In this document: in pieces, positions 37,465-50,995 of the stretch
Layout: every line of letters starts with the position of its first letter
How positions within the stretch are numbered: the first letter of the stretch is position 1
Assembly: GCF_006345805.1 (NCBI RefSeq)
Contig: NC_043006.1
Span: 8,928,001-8,992,000 of the forward strand
Direction: 5' to 3'
DNA length: 64,000 nt
From: Octopus sinensis
Taxonomy: Eukaryota
The notes under the pieces: model-generated
The model's input: only the letters and a program-made list of their open reading frames with translations
Told to the model about the DNA's origin: nothing
Database searches by the model: none
Program-made: the position numbers and the translations under genes

Positions 37465-38639
37465 ATATTCACCCACTCTCCCCCTCGTACATGTATGTTG
37501 GTACTGAATCTCCATTGTGTTTACTGCACTCCATATTTTACCACTTCATATTACAATATCACCATTGTTGATATGTTTACAATTCATCGCCTTTGTACTA
37601 CATGGATCCTTTGATTCAAGTAATCGCTTCACGAACATTAAACGAAGAATAACAATGAAAGTAAATTAAGTCTTCAATGCACAAAATGAAATTACGTGTC
37701 TGATTTTACAAGTTAAAAGTCAACGTTTCATTTGTTTTATGTAGACTTAGTTTTGCAAATTCTATATGGAATTTATTAGCAAGTAATTTACATAGCTCAT
37801 AAAAATATACAAGCATGCCGAATTATAAATTAAAAATACAGCATAAGTATGAATGTATGTATACATGTATGTATGTATCTGTGTATGCTTACATGCTGAC
37901 AATACACGAACAGATACAAATGTGTAAACAAACTGATACGTCTATATAATCGTTTTCATACATGCTTACACACTATCATATGTTTCATGAAAATGTTTAG
38001 AAACCTGTATTAAAACAAAATGGAGTATTTATATGAACATAATATCAAGATGTTATAATAAGTCGATGAAGATTATGACCAATATTGTTGTCTTAAAATA
38101 TATCAAAACTCGCAGCATTGAAGTTACAGTCATCAAACAGCGGCCTCGATTATACGGTATGATATTCGACCAAATGAAGTGGCTTTCCCTTCTTTGATAA
38201 TCTTCTGCGAAATTGTCTATGTAAAAGCCATTAGAACAATTTTCCCGTAGTTAAAAACGCTAGGGATAATCAAAATCAAAATTAGTCTGAACTAACAGAA
38301 AAAAATAGTTGTTAGAAGTCAGTAATCTTTGCAATTTAATTAAATCAACTCTGTAATTGAGTTCTATTTGTCAAGAGAAAAACATGGAGAGGAATATCGC
38401 ATAAGACACGAGATCAGAAAATCAGCGTCACGACTTCAAAGAGAAAATTTTTCGCATGTTTCTTTAAAATCTGTTTTATACGAGTGTTGCATATTTTAGT
38501 GATCCTTGCCATCGAAAGAGAAGAACAACTGAACCAGGAGGAAATTTAGATCACGAGAAATAATCAATGAAAGCAAAATTTATAGATATTTGGGTGTGAG
38601 CGTGAGACTGAATGTGACTCTGCGTGTGAGAATATACAC

Positions 38640-38898
38640 GTGCCACACCGTCGGTTACTACGACGAGAAATACAGTTGATCCGATCAACGGAACAACCAG
38701 CTCGTGAAATTAACGTGCAAGTGACTGATCGCGCCACAGACACGAGTACCATTTACGTAGTTCTCGGGGACATCCAGCGTGACACAGAGTGTGACAAAGC
38801 TAGCTCTTTGAAATAAATGTACAAAAGAAACAGGAAGAAAGAATGAGGGAAAATTGTGGTGAAACAATAGATCAGGTTTTGCCACCATCCTCTGCCGG
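38640..38898 (-). mobile_element. Older SINE family C copy (3-prime part)
   Basis: Diverged homologue of 38899-39260 and 41023-41420 (gttgatccgatcaacggaaca, cgtagttctcgggga). Confidence 0.8.
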
Positions 38899-39260
38899 CT
38901 ACGACGACGAGGGTTCCGGTTGATCCGATCAACGGAACAGCCTGCTCGTGAAATTAACGTGTAAGTGGCTGAGCACTCCACAGACACGTGTACCCTTAAC
39001 GTAGTTCTCGGGGAAATTCAGCGTGACACAGAGAGTGACAAGGCCGGCCCTTTGAAATACAGGTACAACAGAAACAGGAAGTAAGAGTGAGAGAAAGTTG
39101 TGGTGAAAGCGTACAGCCGGGATCACCACCATCTCTGCCGGAGCCTCGTGGAGCTTTAGGTGTTTTCGCTCAATAAACACTCACAACGCCCGTCTGGGAA
39201 TCGAAACCGCGATCCTACGACCACGAGTCCGCTGCCCTAACCACTGGGCCATTGCGCCTC
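38899..39260 (-). mobile_element. tRNA-derived SINE family C, near full length
   Basis: Minus-strand head gaggcgcaatggcccagtggttagggcagcggactcg..ggtttcgattccc with Pol III A and B boxes; near-identical to 41023-41420. Confidence 0.9.
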
Positions 39261-39283
39261 ATATATATACCACACACACACAA

Positions 39284-39515
<232 letters not shown>

Positions 39516-39900
39516 AAATAAACATATTTTAAAGTTGCATTTTCAAACTTCTTTCCTATATATTTATGTATAAATAAATTCCAGGGGTTTTCACGCCGTG
39601 ATATAAATAAAATAAGATTTGATGTAAAATACCCCGGAAATTTTGTTTGTGTACATGAAGATTATTAAATTCATTAGATTGCGTGCATTGTCGACCGGTT
39701 TTGCTTTGCTAATCATTACGTAATGTTTTGAAGTCTTACATTTTTTAATTAAGCTTTTGTAGATACAGGTATGAAGGAGTTTGCGCTTATACAGGCAGTG
39801 TATTTCAAGGGGTATATTTAAAGATTATATATATACATATATATATATACATATATATATATATTATATATAATAATATATATATATATATATATACATA

Positions 39901-40220
39901 GGATCCACTCACAAGTCTTTGAAGGGGGCTATAATAGAAGGCACTTGACCAAGGTTTCATTCTGTGAGACTGAACCCAGAAACGTGTCGTTAAGAGCAAC
40001 CCTCCTACTACAACCATACAAATTTTTAGGTGATATTGATAATAGGTCTTGTGAAGTCGCTGAGCTGGTAAAATCGTTAGCCGTCCAGCCAAAATTCTTT
40101 ATGTTCTCCCGAGGTCGGTTTGTCTTCATATTTTCGTGGCCGATGAAATAAGCACCAGCCGAGCTCAGGAGTCGATGTTATCGTCTTACCCATTGCAGCG
40201 AAATTAGAAGTTTGACATTG
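39901..40220. mobile_element. Degenerate SINE fragments (family A minus 39901-40035; family B plus 40055-40220)
   Basis: atccactcacaag..cacttgaccaagg..gactgaaccc and gagctggtaaaatcgttagc..ccgaggtcgg..aataagcaccag. Confidence 0.55.
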
Positions 40221-41022
40221 AAGACTTATCCATATGATGGTGTCAATAAAAAAAAGTAATGATTTTTTTTTGTTCCTGGAATATTTGCCTGGTAGTTTAT
40301 ATTTACGTGTGTGCTTATGTATTAATATCTCTGAGAGTGTATGCATGCTTTATGCAAGTACGTATATTTGGAATTTATTGATATAGTTTTTTTTTTTTAT
40401 AAACAAGGCGCCGGCCGTAAATCTGCCATTGCATGCGATTTTGTTGTTGATATATGAGAATAAAGTTAATAAATATTCATGATCACTGAACAAACCGCCC
40501 CTCCTCCATTTAGCTGGGTTATTTTTATCATTGTTTTAAAACAATCTGAATGATATATTCAGGTGACAAATGTCATAACTTGACCGGTTGAATCCTATTT
40601 CAGGCAACAGAGAAAATGCAATACTAATTTTACTCATATGAACTTATTTTCCCTAAAATGTATCTGTTGATTTTGGAGATGATGGTAAAAGACACTAAGA
40701 ATAGTAGAACTAAGGCAATTGATTAGAATCAAATATAACTTTAAATAACACACATACCTGTGAAAGTTACCCCCTCATAAGAAAAAACGACTTTGTTAGG
40801 AAGCAGTATCAAATTACAGGTAAATTTTATAAACTGTATCAACTTACATATGACTGGCTTGACGCGAAGAAGTAGTTAACGCAGTTCCCGGCGTTTTTGC
40901 TAAAAAATTGCAACAAACTTGCCATCACATCCCACGTTATCATCTTGAATAAGCCAAAGATATATTAGCGGATGCAATCTAATGTGTTTTTTTTTTAAGA
41001 TTCTTTTATCGTAAACTTCACA

Positions 41023-41420
41023 TGGATGGATGGATGGATGGAAGCACTCCGTCGGTTCCGACGACGAGGGTTCCGGTTGATCCGATCAACGGAACAGCCT
41101 GCTCGTGAAATTAACGTGTAAGTGGCTGAGCACTCCACAAACACGTGTACCCTTAACGTAGTTCTCGGGGATATTCAGCGTGACACAGAGAGTGACAAGG
41201 CCGGCCCTTTGAAATACAGGTACAACAGAAACAGGAAGTAAGAATGAGAGAAAGTTGTGGCGAAAGAGTACAGCAGGGATCATCACCATCCCTGCCGGAG
41301 CCTCGTGGAGCTTTAGGTGTTTTCGCTCAATAAACACTCACAACGCCCGGTCCGGGAATCGAAACCGCGATCCTACGACCGCGAGTCAGCTGCCCTAACC
41401 ACTGGGCCATTGCGCCTCCA
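41023..41420 (-). mobile_element. tRNA-derived SINE family C, full length with (TCCA)n tail
   Basis: A/B boxes at the right end; (tgga)n at the left end is the tail. Confidence 0.9.
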
Positions 41421-42544
41421 CAAACTTGACAACAACATGATTAACGGCATTTATCTAGATATAATAATTTAGGTAAATTCTTTTGTTGTGATACACGTGA
41501 CGTAGTTACTAGACAGAATTGCTTATCAAAATTATTCGATCATAGCATTATTTAGTCAAATAGGTCTCTAAATGTTATCTTGATACATCCTTTATCTTCC
41601 ATTGGGTGTTCCATTTTAATGCTACAGCATAGCTATTTACTTCTCTCTAGATACCTCAATTAATTTTGAGTTGTTCTGGTTCGCTTAGCTAAGGGGGTTG
41701 ATATGTGTCGTAAATTTCTTAATGAGAAGAGATTTATATTCTATCCAATTTACGTGAGAAATTGACACAGCATAAGTTGATGTTTTATAATAGTTACTAC
41801 TACTAAATTATTGAATGTATATTAAAATATTACGTAAATTTTATATTTTAAAGTTCGTATTTCAGAGTCAGCAATTTATCTATAAATAATTTGCCTTTTA
41901 TCTCTCTATCTAAAAATGTATTTCTATGCTCAACATTCAGACTAATGATGCCAGACTTCTGTATGATTGTACGTCTTCGCTTAAAACATTTTATAATATA
42001 GCGAAATTGAAAGAATTCTTTGACATCAATATAACAGTTCAAGCTTGAAAGAAATGATGATTATCGCATATTTCTTTACCTCATATACACATGTTACGAA
42101 AGTTTTAAATGTATCACATTTTTATGCATAAATTTATATATATGTGTGTGTGGATGCAGGCGTATGTGCATGAGTAAGATAGACTTTGTGTGACGTATAT
42201 ACATATATATCTATACACTTATATAATTCATTTAAGGTGGCCGTTTGGTATGTTATTTTAGATTTTTCTAGCGTTTCTGCCCCTACACCAGTGAAGGAAT
42301 ATTCGTAATGATTTTTATTTAGTAGCCCCCGCGTCATTAACCAAAACGGCATGTATATATGTCTGTGTATTTTTGCGTGTATAGTTGTGTGCCTATGTGT
42401 TGAACTTACACCTTGTTTTTTGTTATCTTATTACGCAAAAAAATCTTATATATATACACATATACATAACGGGAACGGGAATCTCCGAGTAACAGTTTCT
42501 GTAATTTTTGCTTTTTAATAAGTATAGTATATATGTATATTATA

Positions 42545-42596
<52 letters not shown>

Positions 42597-42782
42597 ATAT
42601 ATATATAAAAAATTAGGGAATATATCCAAATTTACAGGGAAAAAAAATCAGATTTAGGATTAAATCCAATTTTATAGTAAATATTATAAAATATTATTTG
42701 AGACAAAACCACTATTTTGCAAAACAAACAAGGAAAGACTTAATCAATCATAAAATTTAATAAATAGTCAAAAAAAAAACCG

Positions 42783-42824
42783 CCACTACAATCGTTTCTT
42801 GTCTTGATCGACATCTTCAGGTGG
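42783..42824 (-). ncRNA. Minimal type I hammerhead ribozyme motif
   Basis: Minus strand ccac-CTGAAGA-tgtc-gatcaa-gacaa-GAAA-C-gatt-GTA-gtgg; one T fewer in stem II than the plus copy. Confidence 0.6.
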
Positions 42825-43055
42825 ACTTCCAATCTAAAAATCAAATTTTTAAATATAAAAATAATACTTTTAAATAATTAAGTATAAATGAAAAGATATA
42901 AGTATATAGGGAATTCGTGGTAATTAGTCTATATTTTCGATATGGATTATATATAGGTTAAATATGGATTATATACTTATATCTTTTCATTTATACTTTA
43001 ATTATTTAAAAGTATTATTTTTATATTTTAAAATTTTGATTTTTAGATTGGAAGT

Positions 43056-43098
43056 CCACCTGAAGATTGTCGATCAAGACAAGAAACGATTGTAGTGG
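43056..43098 (+). ncRNA. Minimal type I hammerhead ribozyme motif (cleanest in window)
   Basis: ccac-CTGAAGA-ttgtc-gatcaa-gacaa-GAAA-C-gatt-GTA-gtgg: intact core, stem I 4 bp, stem II 5 bp, stem III 2 bp, GUA triplet. Confidence 0.75.
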
Positions 43099-46000
43099 CG
43101 GTTTTTTTGACTATTTATTAAATTTTATGTATTGATTAAGTCTTTCCTTGTTTGTTTTGCAATAGTGGTTTTGTCTCAAATAATATTTTATATATATATA
43201 TATATATAATATATATATATATATATACTGTATGCGTGAGGTTGTCTCATTATGCACTCAAGCAACAATAGTCTCAGCTTTAAACATCATAATATTCAAA
43301 ATTCTGATGAACTAGAGAATATGAATAATGGCAAAATCCTCACATATATCCAACTCCACATACATGTCAGTCTATAAGGTCATGTGATTTTGTGTGTGTG
43401 TGTGAGATAGAGAGAGAGAGATAGGATAGAGAGACAGAGAGAGAGAAAGAGAGAGAATGACAAATACATAAATTGATGTCTACGTGTATCATTTTATTTT
43501 TATTTCTGTGCATCTCTCTACCAGTGTATACCCTAAATATTTTCAATAAATACATATATTTATTTTTTGCAAATAATAAGCGATTTATAAATATCTTTCC
43601 TCGAACATACGTTATATATATCTTCGAAAATAGACATATGTTCTTATATATATCTTTGTGGTGATGGAAAAACGAATATCATGGAAGACAACGACAGCTG
43701 CACCAACGGTAGACTGCATTTAACTTGTGATACGAAATAAGAAATCAAATGTAACATGAATAAATGAATTAATATAGATCTGAAGAATTCGATTCGCACT
43801 TCCTAATAAAAGAAATCCTTTCAGAGACCGGATATCTATAAAAGTGTTTAGCAAAGTAAACAAAAAAAATATCGGTTTCATTCATAGAAAATCACTTTTA
43901 AAATTGCTTGTGTGCAGATGTCTTTCACAAAGAAACTTTCACTCTGAAAGACAGCTGGTTGCAATTATTCTACAATATCTGACAATTTACCAAGTTCTGT
44001 TTTGATTGGTCGATTTATTTGGTATTATGTAGTTTAGGTCCAAGATTACTTGAATCGCAATTTTCATGGCTCTTCATCGCTGATATTTAGTTTTCTACAT
44101 CGGAAATATTCACCTCAAAACAGCAGAAATAACATAGCATCGAAGATATTATTACAACTAAAAACAGTCATGAAAGTCATGTATTTTTACTTCTGTGCAT
44201 CTCTCTACCAGTTTATAATTTTTGTTTTGATTTTTCGCTAAAGAGCCTCAAGATACCCATAACAAACCATTAAACTATGTTACGCTTATATCTAAATTCA
44301 GTCTGAGTGGTTGATTTGGAGCATAGTTTTTTTAAGCTGCTGACATGTCTATCTCTCTACAACAACATAGGTGTTTTTGTGGAATAAGATTGTCTTCAAA
44401 CGTTAGTTACCCATTAATAGATATGGTGCTTCCCTGAGTATTAAGTAGAAATGTTAACGGCTGTGAATTGTACATGAAAAGTGTGAGAAAAAAAAAAGGA
44501 CAAAAGCATTTCGTCTGCGATAAAATTTTCCGTGTTAACTCTATATTTGAAATTCCCTTGATTAATAAACAACATTGACAGCCCAAGTTTATTATGAGGT
44601 TCCCTGGCAGTAAAGAGTCTCTCTCTCTCTCCTTTTCTCTCTCTTTCTCTCCCTCTATGAACACGAATACATGCAGCATCTGTATATGTGGGCATCTGCT
44701 TTAATCATTGCAAGAACACCTTTGTTTTATATCTTTTCCATTTAATTAAGCACCTGTCTTTTTCACAGAGAATCTATCATCTTTCTTTTATCCTGCAGAC
44801 GAATGCCTGTTAGTGTTGTCATCGTCTCTGTAGGTTAATATATCTTTGAGCAAGGCAGTTCTTCCATTTTTTATGTTGCTTCTGATTGTATGTATATTCT
44901 TCATTTTTCAAAGATATTTCCTAACGCTGGATATAATGTTTGCTGTATGAAAATTTAAACGTAGTAACGATTTTTTCTCTGTATTCCTCCCCCACCCCAC
45001 CCTCTCTCTCTCTCTCTCTCTAATCAGTCTCCATTTCTTTCTATATAATTCTCTATGCTGCAGGATGTGTCAGTAACTGTGCACCTGTTTAAGTGTGTTG
45101 GTATCATATATTTCAGAAAACGATAAAAGAGAGATTATGAGGGAAGGCCATCTACATATATATTCGCAGTAAAGATAAGCTTATGTTACATAGTATACAA
45201 GGAAAATTCTACATTTATAGAAATCATCTAAATTTGGAGAGTAAAATAAACAAACATCGGTTGACAATTACGAGCTGAATCGAATGATAATATAAATTCA
45301 AGAATCAAGATTTCCTGAAATTGACATGCCACTTAGCAAGGTTTACTTGAGAAATGTTCCTGCATGAGGGCAGCAATTCAATTTTAAATCTAGTGAAAGA
45401 AATAATTAAACGTAAACACACAAGAAGAGACATCTATTAACTACCGTAATTTAAAAAAGCTAACAGAAAATTCGTGGAGAGGAATAACTCAGTGTAGGTA
45501 AGACAATGAAGAAAAAATACAAATAATGTTGTTTCAAATAACAGAATATCTTCAATAAGCTTGCGATAAAAACTTGTACGTATAATAAGCCCTAATTTGC
45601 AACGTATAATTTTCCTACGATACATTAATAGTGGAATAATGAGATGGTTTATCTAAGTGTTGATTACGTGTCAAGTGTAATACTTTACATCGCAGTCCTG
45701 GTTTGTCATCAATATTATTGTATATACAGCCACACTCACACGCACACACATACACACAATTTTTTGCACACAGGCATACGACTGTGTGCGTGTGTGTATC
45801 CATGTATATCATGACGTGTGTGTCTGCAAAAGTCGCTAAGAGTACAAACCTCATATTGTATAACATTTAAGTTTACAATTTGTTTCATTTCAGCTATGTT
45901 ATTAAATCTCTTAATGTGCAATATCATTGACAAATATCATTAGTCAATGAGTGTTTCTATACAAAATGTTTTAGTTTCCCATTACTAATCTTTGCTCACA

Positions 46001-46680
46001 AAAATTGTTTTCTAGTGATTACAGTATCCATGATATATATTTATCTGTTGCGTGTGATAGTTTTCTTTTTCTTTTCATATAAATATTACTTCATTACAGA
46101 AAATGCAAACAAACTATTTCACAATAGGTATCCATCTAATGTTTAACATTTAACATGAGTTATAAGATATCTATAAATCCTAAATTATAATTTCATTCTA
46201 TTTGGTGATTTTGTGTTTCCGTCTCGCATTAGAAATTTCTGTTTTAACATTCCTTCACAAACCTGAAGACGAAATAATGGATTTATTCCTAAATGATTTA
46301 GAGTCAGTAAATTTTAAATGAGGAACCTATCGTACTCAATTATAAAAGAATATTAAAACAAAATGCGGCAAACGATATCCTATGCACTATCTGTATCAGA
46401 TATCATAAATTTTGAAACTGCTTCCTATAGGCATGTAGTCACGCCATTTAAGCAAATCCGAGTTTTGGAAAAGATTCAGTAAGTCGCATAATATACAGGG
46501 CCAAATAATATATAATCTTCATGTTCGATATCAAACTCATAATCGAGCTATTTGGTTTATGTGTATGTGTGTGTGCATATGTGTGTGCGTATGTGAGTGT
46601 GTGCGTATGTGAGTGTGTGCTTTCACGTGCATGTGTAGGTATATGTATATATATGGATGTATAATATATATATATATATA

Positions 46681-46715
<35 letters not shown>

Positions 46716-47441
46716 TAGGAAACGAACCCGTCCTTTGCACACATGTGTGTGTGTGTGTGTGTGAGTGCATTTGTGTGTCTGTGATTATCCGCCACTACCA
46801 CTTGAAAACCGGCGTTGTGGTGTTTACGTCCTCTACATTAGCAACCAAAAGAGATCAACAAAATAAGTACTGGGATTGATTAATTTGATTAAGAACAAAT
46901 TTGCTCAAGGCGGTGTCTCAGCATCGACTTTCTACTTCATTGTAAACTCTCTTTGTCTCCACCTCTTACACTGAACACAACCGTAGCTGGCAACACCAAC
47001 AACCTCCAGTCCAATTCCACATATATATATATATATCTAATGGTTGAGTCGTAGTAGGTTTTTGTGTAAATGTCGTGACGTAAAATTCCTGTTTATTTTC
47101 TATTCTTTCATTATCAACTCGTAAATATATAAGGACACAGGAAATGTGTCAAGGCCGACAGGAAGCGTCGATGTTTCCTAGGGCTAAACAGCGGTGGTGC
47201 AATTCCCTCACGGTACTATCACGTTAAGTTGACATTATACAACCACTCTATCGTTCCACCACCGTACATATCTCTATGAGATATTTAGAAATTTAATATT
47301 TCTGACATTATCAACTGTCTTTCTTCTTAGCGTTTTGGTTGTCTTCTTATTTGCGTTCGTCAGCTGGAGGAATTTTATTACTTCTCTTTAACCACTTTCG
47401 GATTGCCTTAATAACTTTGTCTAAGCATATATTTTTGTATA

Positions 47442-48059
47442 CAGTAATTCCTCCACAATCGCAGGTGTTACGTTCCAAAACCCGACGCGATAGGTGAAAA
47501 TCCGCGAAGTAGAAACAGTACCCTCTTTTTTACTCTTTTACTTGTTTCAGTGATTTGACTGCCGCCATGCTGGAGCACCGCCTTTAATCGAGCAACTCGA
47601 CCCCGGGACTTATTCTTTTCTAAGCCCAGTACTTATTCTATCGGTCTCTTTTGCCGAACCGTTAAGTAACGGGGACGTAAACACACCAGCATCGGTTGTC
47701 AAGCAATGCTAGGGGGACAAACACAGACACACAAACATACACGCACACACATATATATATATACATATATACGACAGGCTTCTTTCAGTTTCTGTCTACC
47801 AAATCCACTCACAAGGCATTGGTCGGCCCGGGGCTATAGCAGAAGACACTTGCCCAAGATGCCACACAGTGGGACTGAACCCGGAACCATGAGGTTGGTT
47901 AGAAAGCTACTTACCACACAGCCACTGTATATTCTATTATCATTTTTAATTTGTATATATTTAGTTCATTATAAATGCAAAACAACACCACGGAGGAATC
48001 AGTATAAGCTTAAATAATAAACCGCGATATGTAAATAGCGATATGGCGAGGAATTACTC
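47442..48059. mobile_element. Tigger/pogo-like MITE interrupted by a SINE
   Basis: ta-cagtaattcctccacaatcgc ... gcgatatggcgaggaattactc-ta: imperfect TIRs with TA at both ends. Confidence 0.6.
47525..47927 (-). mobile_element. tRNA-derived SINE family A, full length
   Basis: Minus head agtggctgtgtggtaag..ggttccgggttcagtccc (A/B boxes), internal TA/TG microsatellite, tail ggcggtgctccagcatgg..ctgaaacaagtaaaaga. Confidence 0.9.
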
Positions 48060-48287
48060 TATATTAATTTTAATGGTACGTTATACCTTATTTTGTATGC
48101 ACATATACTGGTAAAATCGAAACGACTGTCGGTAATATATGGTGTAATAACCAATTAAAGATGTGATTTTCTATTTTATTATATTTGTTATATTTATAAG
48201 GAAAGATCAGGGTGAGAAAAGTATCATAAAGGTGAGAGAAAGAGAGAGAAATAAGAGGTATTGATTTTTTTTTTTACTATTGGCAGA

Positions 48288-48482
48288 AGGCCTGAAATGT
48301 CGAGGGATCGGATAAATCGACTAAATAGACTATAGTGTTTAACTGGTATTTATTTCATCGAACCCGAAAGGATGAAAGGCAAACTCAACTCCGGCGGAAT
48401 TTGAACTCAGAACGTAGCTACGGGCGAAATACTGCTAAGCATTTTGTCCGGCATGCTAACGGTTCTGCCAGCTCGACGCCTT
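48288..48482 (-). mobile_element. SINE family B
   Basis: Minus ggcgtcgagctggcagaaccgttagc..ttctgagttcaaattccgccggagttgag..tttgcctttcatcctttcggg. Confidence 0.85.
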
Positions 48483-49905
48483 AGAGTTAAGAGATATTTT
48501 GATTGCAATGTAGATACCGGTTAAAACAGAGGCTTCAATGCATTGAAGTTCATAAATATTTAATGCCAATTATGTTGGCCATACATTTTCGCTTTATGTA
48601 CCGAGTATAATATATATATTTATATATGCGTGAGTGGTGAGGTGTTTGCGTGTATGTGTGTGTGTGTACATATTCATATATAGATATATATTCACACAAG
48701 TATATGTATATAGTTTTACACTACACATACATATGTAAGAAGAATTTAGTTTTATGTCACTAATCGGTTATTCGCGTAAACTATCATTATCTCAATTCCT
48801 TTCTAACTTCTGGACATCTTATTGTCTCAAGTTAGGTGCTCAATAATGTGGAGCATTATGCATTATTACCTTATATTGATTACTTCAGTAATTATTAATT
48901 CAGTCGTATAACTTTTGATGTACATTCGCTTTCATAATATACTAAATATGTCACAGGACGAAATGCCATATCAGTTACCAAATATTAAACGTATTTGGTA
49001 AGAGAGTGACAGTCGTCTGACACCCAGACATAAATGCACATTTAAGAAATTAAGTGTGTGATTGAATATTGACTAATTATCAATCATTTCCATAATTAAG
49101 GCAAGTAACATTTATAATCCTCTTTGTTTAATATTATACAACCAGAATGTAATATGTTGAAATGTACTACTGTTATATCGCACGTTCGTATGTCCTCTAC
49201 TCAACTCCGATGCTTACGCTTCTCCCTCTATATCTACGTATTGGGCTAGCCTTCTTCATCGTCTGGGGGCATCGACACAACAACTACCCTATTTATTACT
49301 TCAATAATACTCAGAAATCATCTCCTCCTCATTATGTATTTCATTGCCATCATTTCTACTGTCGTCATCGTCTCCACTAACAGCTGATGATGCCTACATA
49401 GTAAGATTATTGCTCAAAACGGTTTAGTTTAATCCATTCTTCATTTGCTGTTACTGTGTAAGACTTATCTATACAATTACACCAGAGGCGTTGTTAGAAA
49501 TAATTATCACATGTTTAAACACACGAAATTTGAAGCTTGCTTCCACATGCCGGTGATTAGAAATAACTTTTAGTGTCTGTGGGATTGTTAAATGATATTA
49601 GTCGTGCACAGCAAGAAGTTAAGTTTTATGGCTCCTTCGACATTGTAAAATCTAGCAGGTAGATTGGATGCGATAGCATAATTATGGTTTGAAATTGATA
49701 AGCGTGGATCTTGTATTCATACATATATAAGGAAACAACTATTTACCAATTTCTGCATGATCTGTTTAAAACAAAGTTAAGTAAATATATTTGACATAAT
49801 GAATGATTAGTGGTTCTAAGGACTCGGTTGGGATACTGTCCTATATAACGTCGGAGCATAAATTAAGAATCGGTTGACACTACAATCTTGTTGGTATATC
49901 TCCTA

Positions 49906-50325
49906 AAGGTGGCGAGCTAGCAGAAACGCTAGTGCTCCAGGCGAAATGCTTGACGGCATTTCGTCTGCCACTACGTTCTGAGTTCAAATTCCACCGAGGT
50001 CGACTTTGCCTTTCATCCTTTCGGGATGGATAAAATAAGTACCAGTTACGCACTGGGGCCGATATAATCGACTTGAACCGTTTGTCTGTCCTTGTTTGTC
50101 CCCTCTCTGTTTGTCCCCTTGTGGGTAATAAAGAAATAAGTATTTCGTCTGCCGTTACGTTCTGAGTTCAAATTCCGCCGAGATCGACTTTGCCTTTCAT
50201 CCTTTGAGATCGATTAAATAAGTACCAGTTTACGCACTGGGATCGATGTAATCGACTTAATCCGTTTGTCTGTCCTTGTTTGTCCTCTTTGTGTTTAGCC
50301 CCTTGTGGGTAGTAAAGAAATAGGT
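49906..50325 (+). mobile_element. SINE family B with tandem partial duplication
   Basis: Full copy to about 50139, then a headless repeat from gtatttcgtctgcc to aaagaaataggtat. Confidence 0.9.
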
Positions 50326-50631
50326 ATATCCCCCTTACTACTACACTTCTATAAAGGTTATAATGCTTTTGACTACATTATCGTTAACAGGTCGTATTGA
50401 TTCCCGGGTTACATCATTTAAATATATTAACACTATTGTATTTAATGTAATATTGCATTATGTGCTCATTCCTGTTCACTGCAATATAGCTCAACTTTAT
50501 TTCCATCATTTATTATCATTGATAGAAGCTGCAGTAACATGTCAGAATTTATGACGTAAAAGTTTAAATTGTGCAACGTGTTAGACTTGATACTGTATAG
50601 TTCAAATGACATCAATATCTATAACTGTTTA

Positions 50632-50670
50632 CCCCAGCATGGCCACAGCTCGTGAGCTTAAACTAGATTA
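50632..50670 (+). mobile_element. Extreme 3-prime tail fragment of the CR1-like LINE
   Basis: ccccagcatggccacagctcgtgagcttaaactaga matches the tail at 33465-33500. Confidence 0.6.
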
Positions 50671-50776
50671 AATTGAATAAAAATTACAAAAATAATCTTA
50701 AATTAATATTTAACGAATGCACAACCACCGCAACATTCGTTCATTTTGTCCAAGATTCAGCACAAAATATCAATAT

Positions 50777-50940
50777 GCGCAGGAGTAGCTGTGTGGTAGG
50801 TAGCTTGCTTACCAACCACATGGTTTTGGGTTCAGTCCCTCTACGTGGCAACTTGGGCAAGTGTCTTCTGCTATAGCCTCGGGCCGACCAAAGCCTTGTG
50901 AGTGGATTTGGTAGACGGAAACTGAAAGACGCCCGTCGTA
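50777..50940 (+). mobile_element. SINE family A 5-prime half
   Basis: aggagtagctgtgtggtagg..gggttcagtccc..cttgggcaagtgtcttc..ggaaactgaaagacgcccgtcg. Confidence 0.9.
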
Positions 50941-50995
50941 TATATATATGTATATATATGTGTGTGTGTGTGTATGTGAGTGAGAGAGAGAGTGT

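Larger units (their letters stand above)
42607..43190. mobile_element. PLE-type inverted repeat element with HHR in each arm
   Basis: Arms about 42687-42908 and 42970-43190 are near-perfect reverse complements; about 60-bp spacer; (TA)n flanks. Confidence 0.8.

Noticed and set aside
39190-39260. tRNA genes at SINE heads (also 41350-41420, 26255-26312, 47870-47927)
   Set aside because: A/B boxes are present but there is no complete cloverleaf or acceptor stem, and they continue into SINE bodies or decayed sequence.
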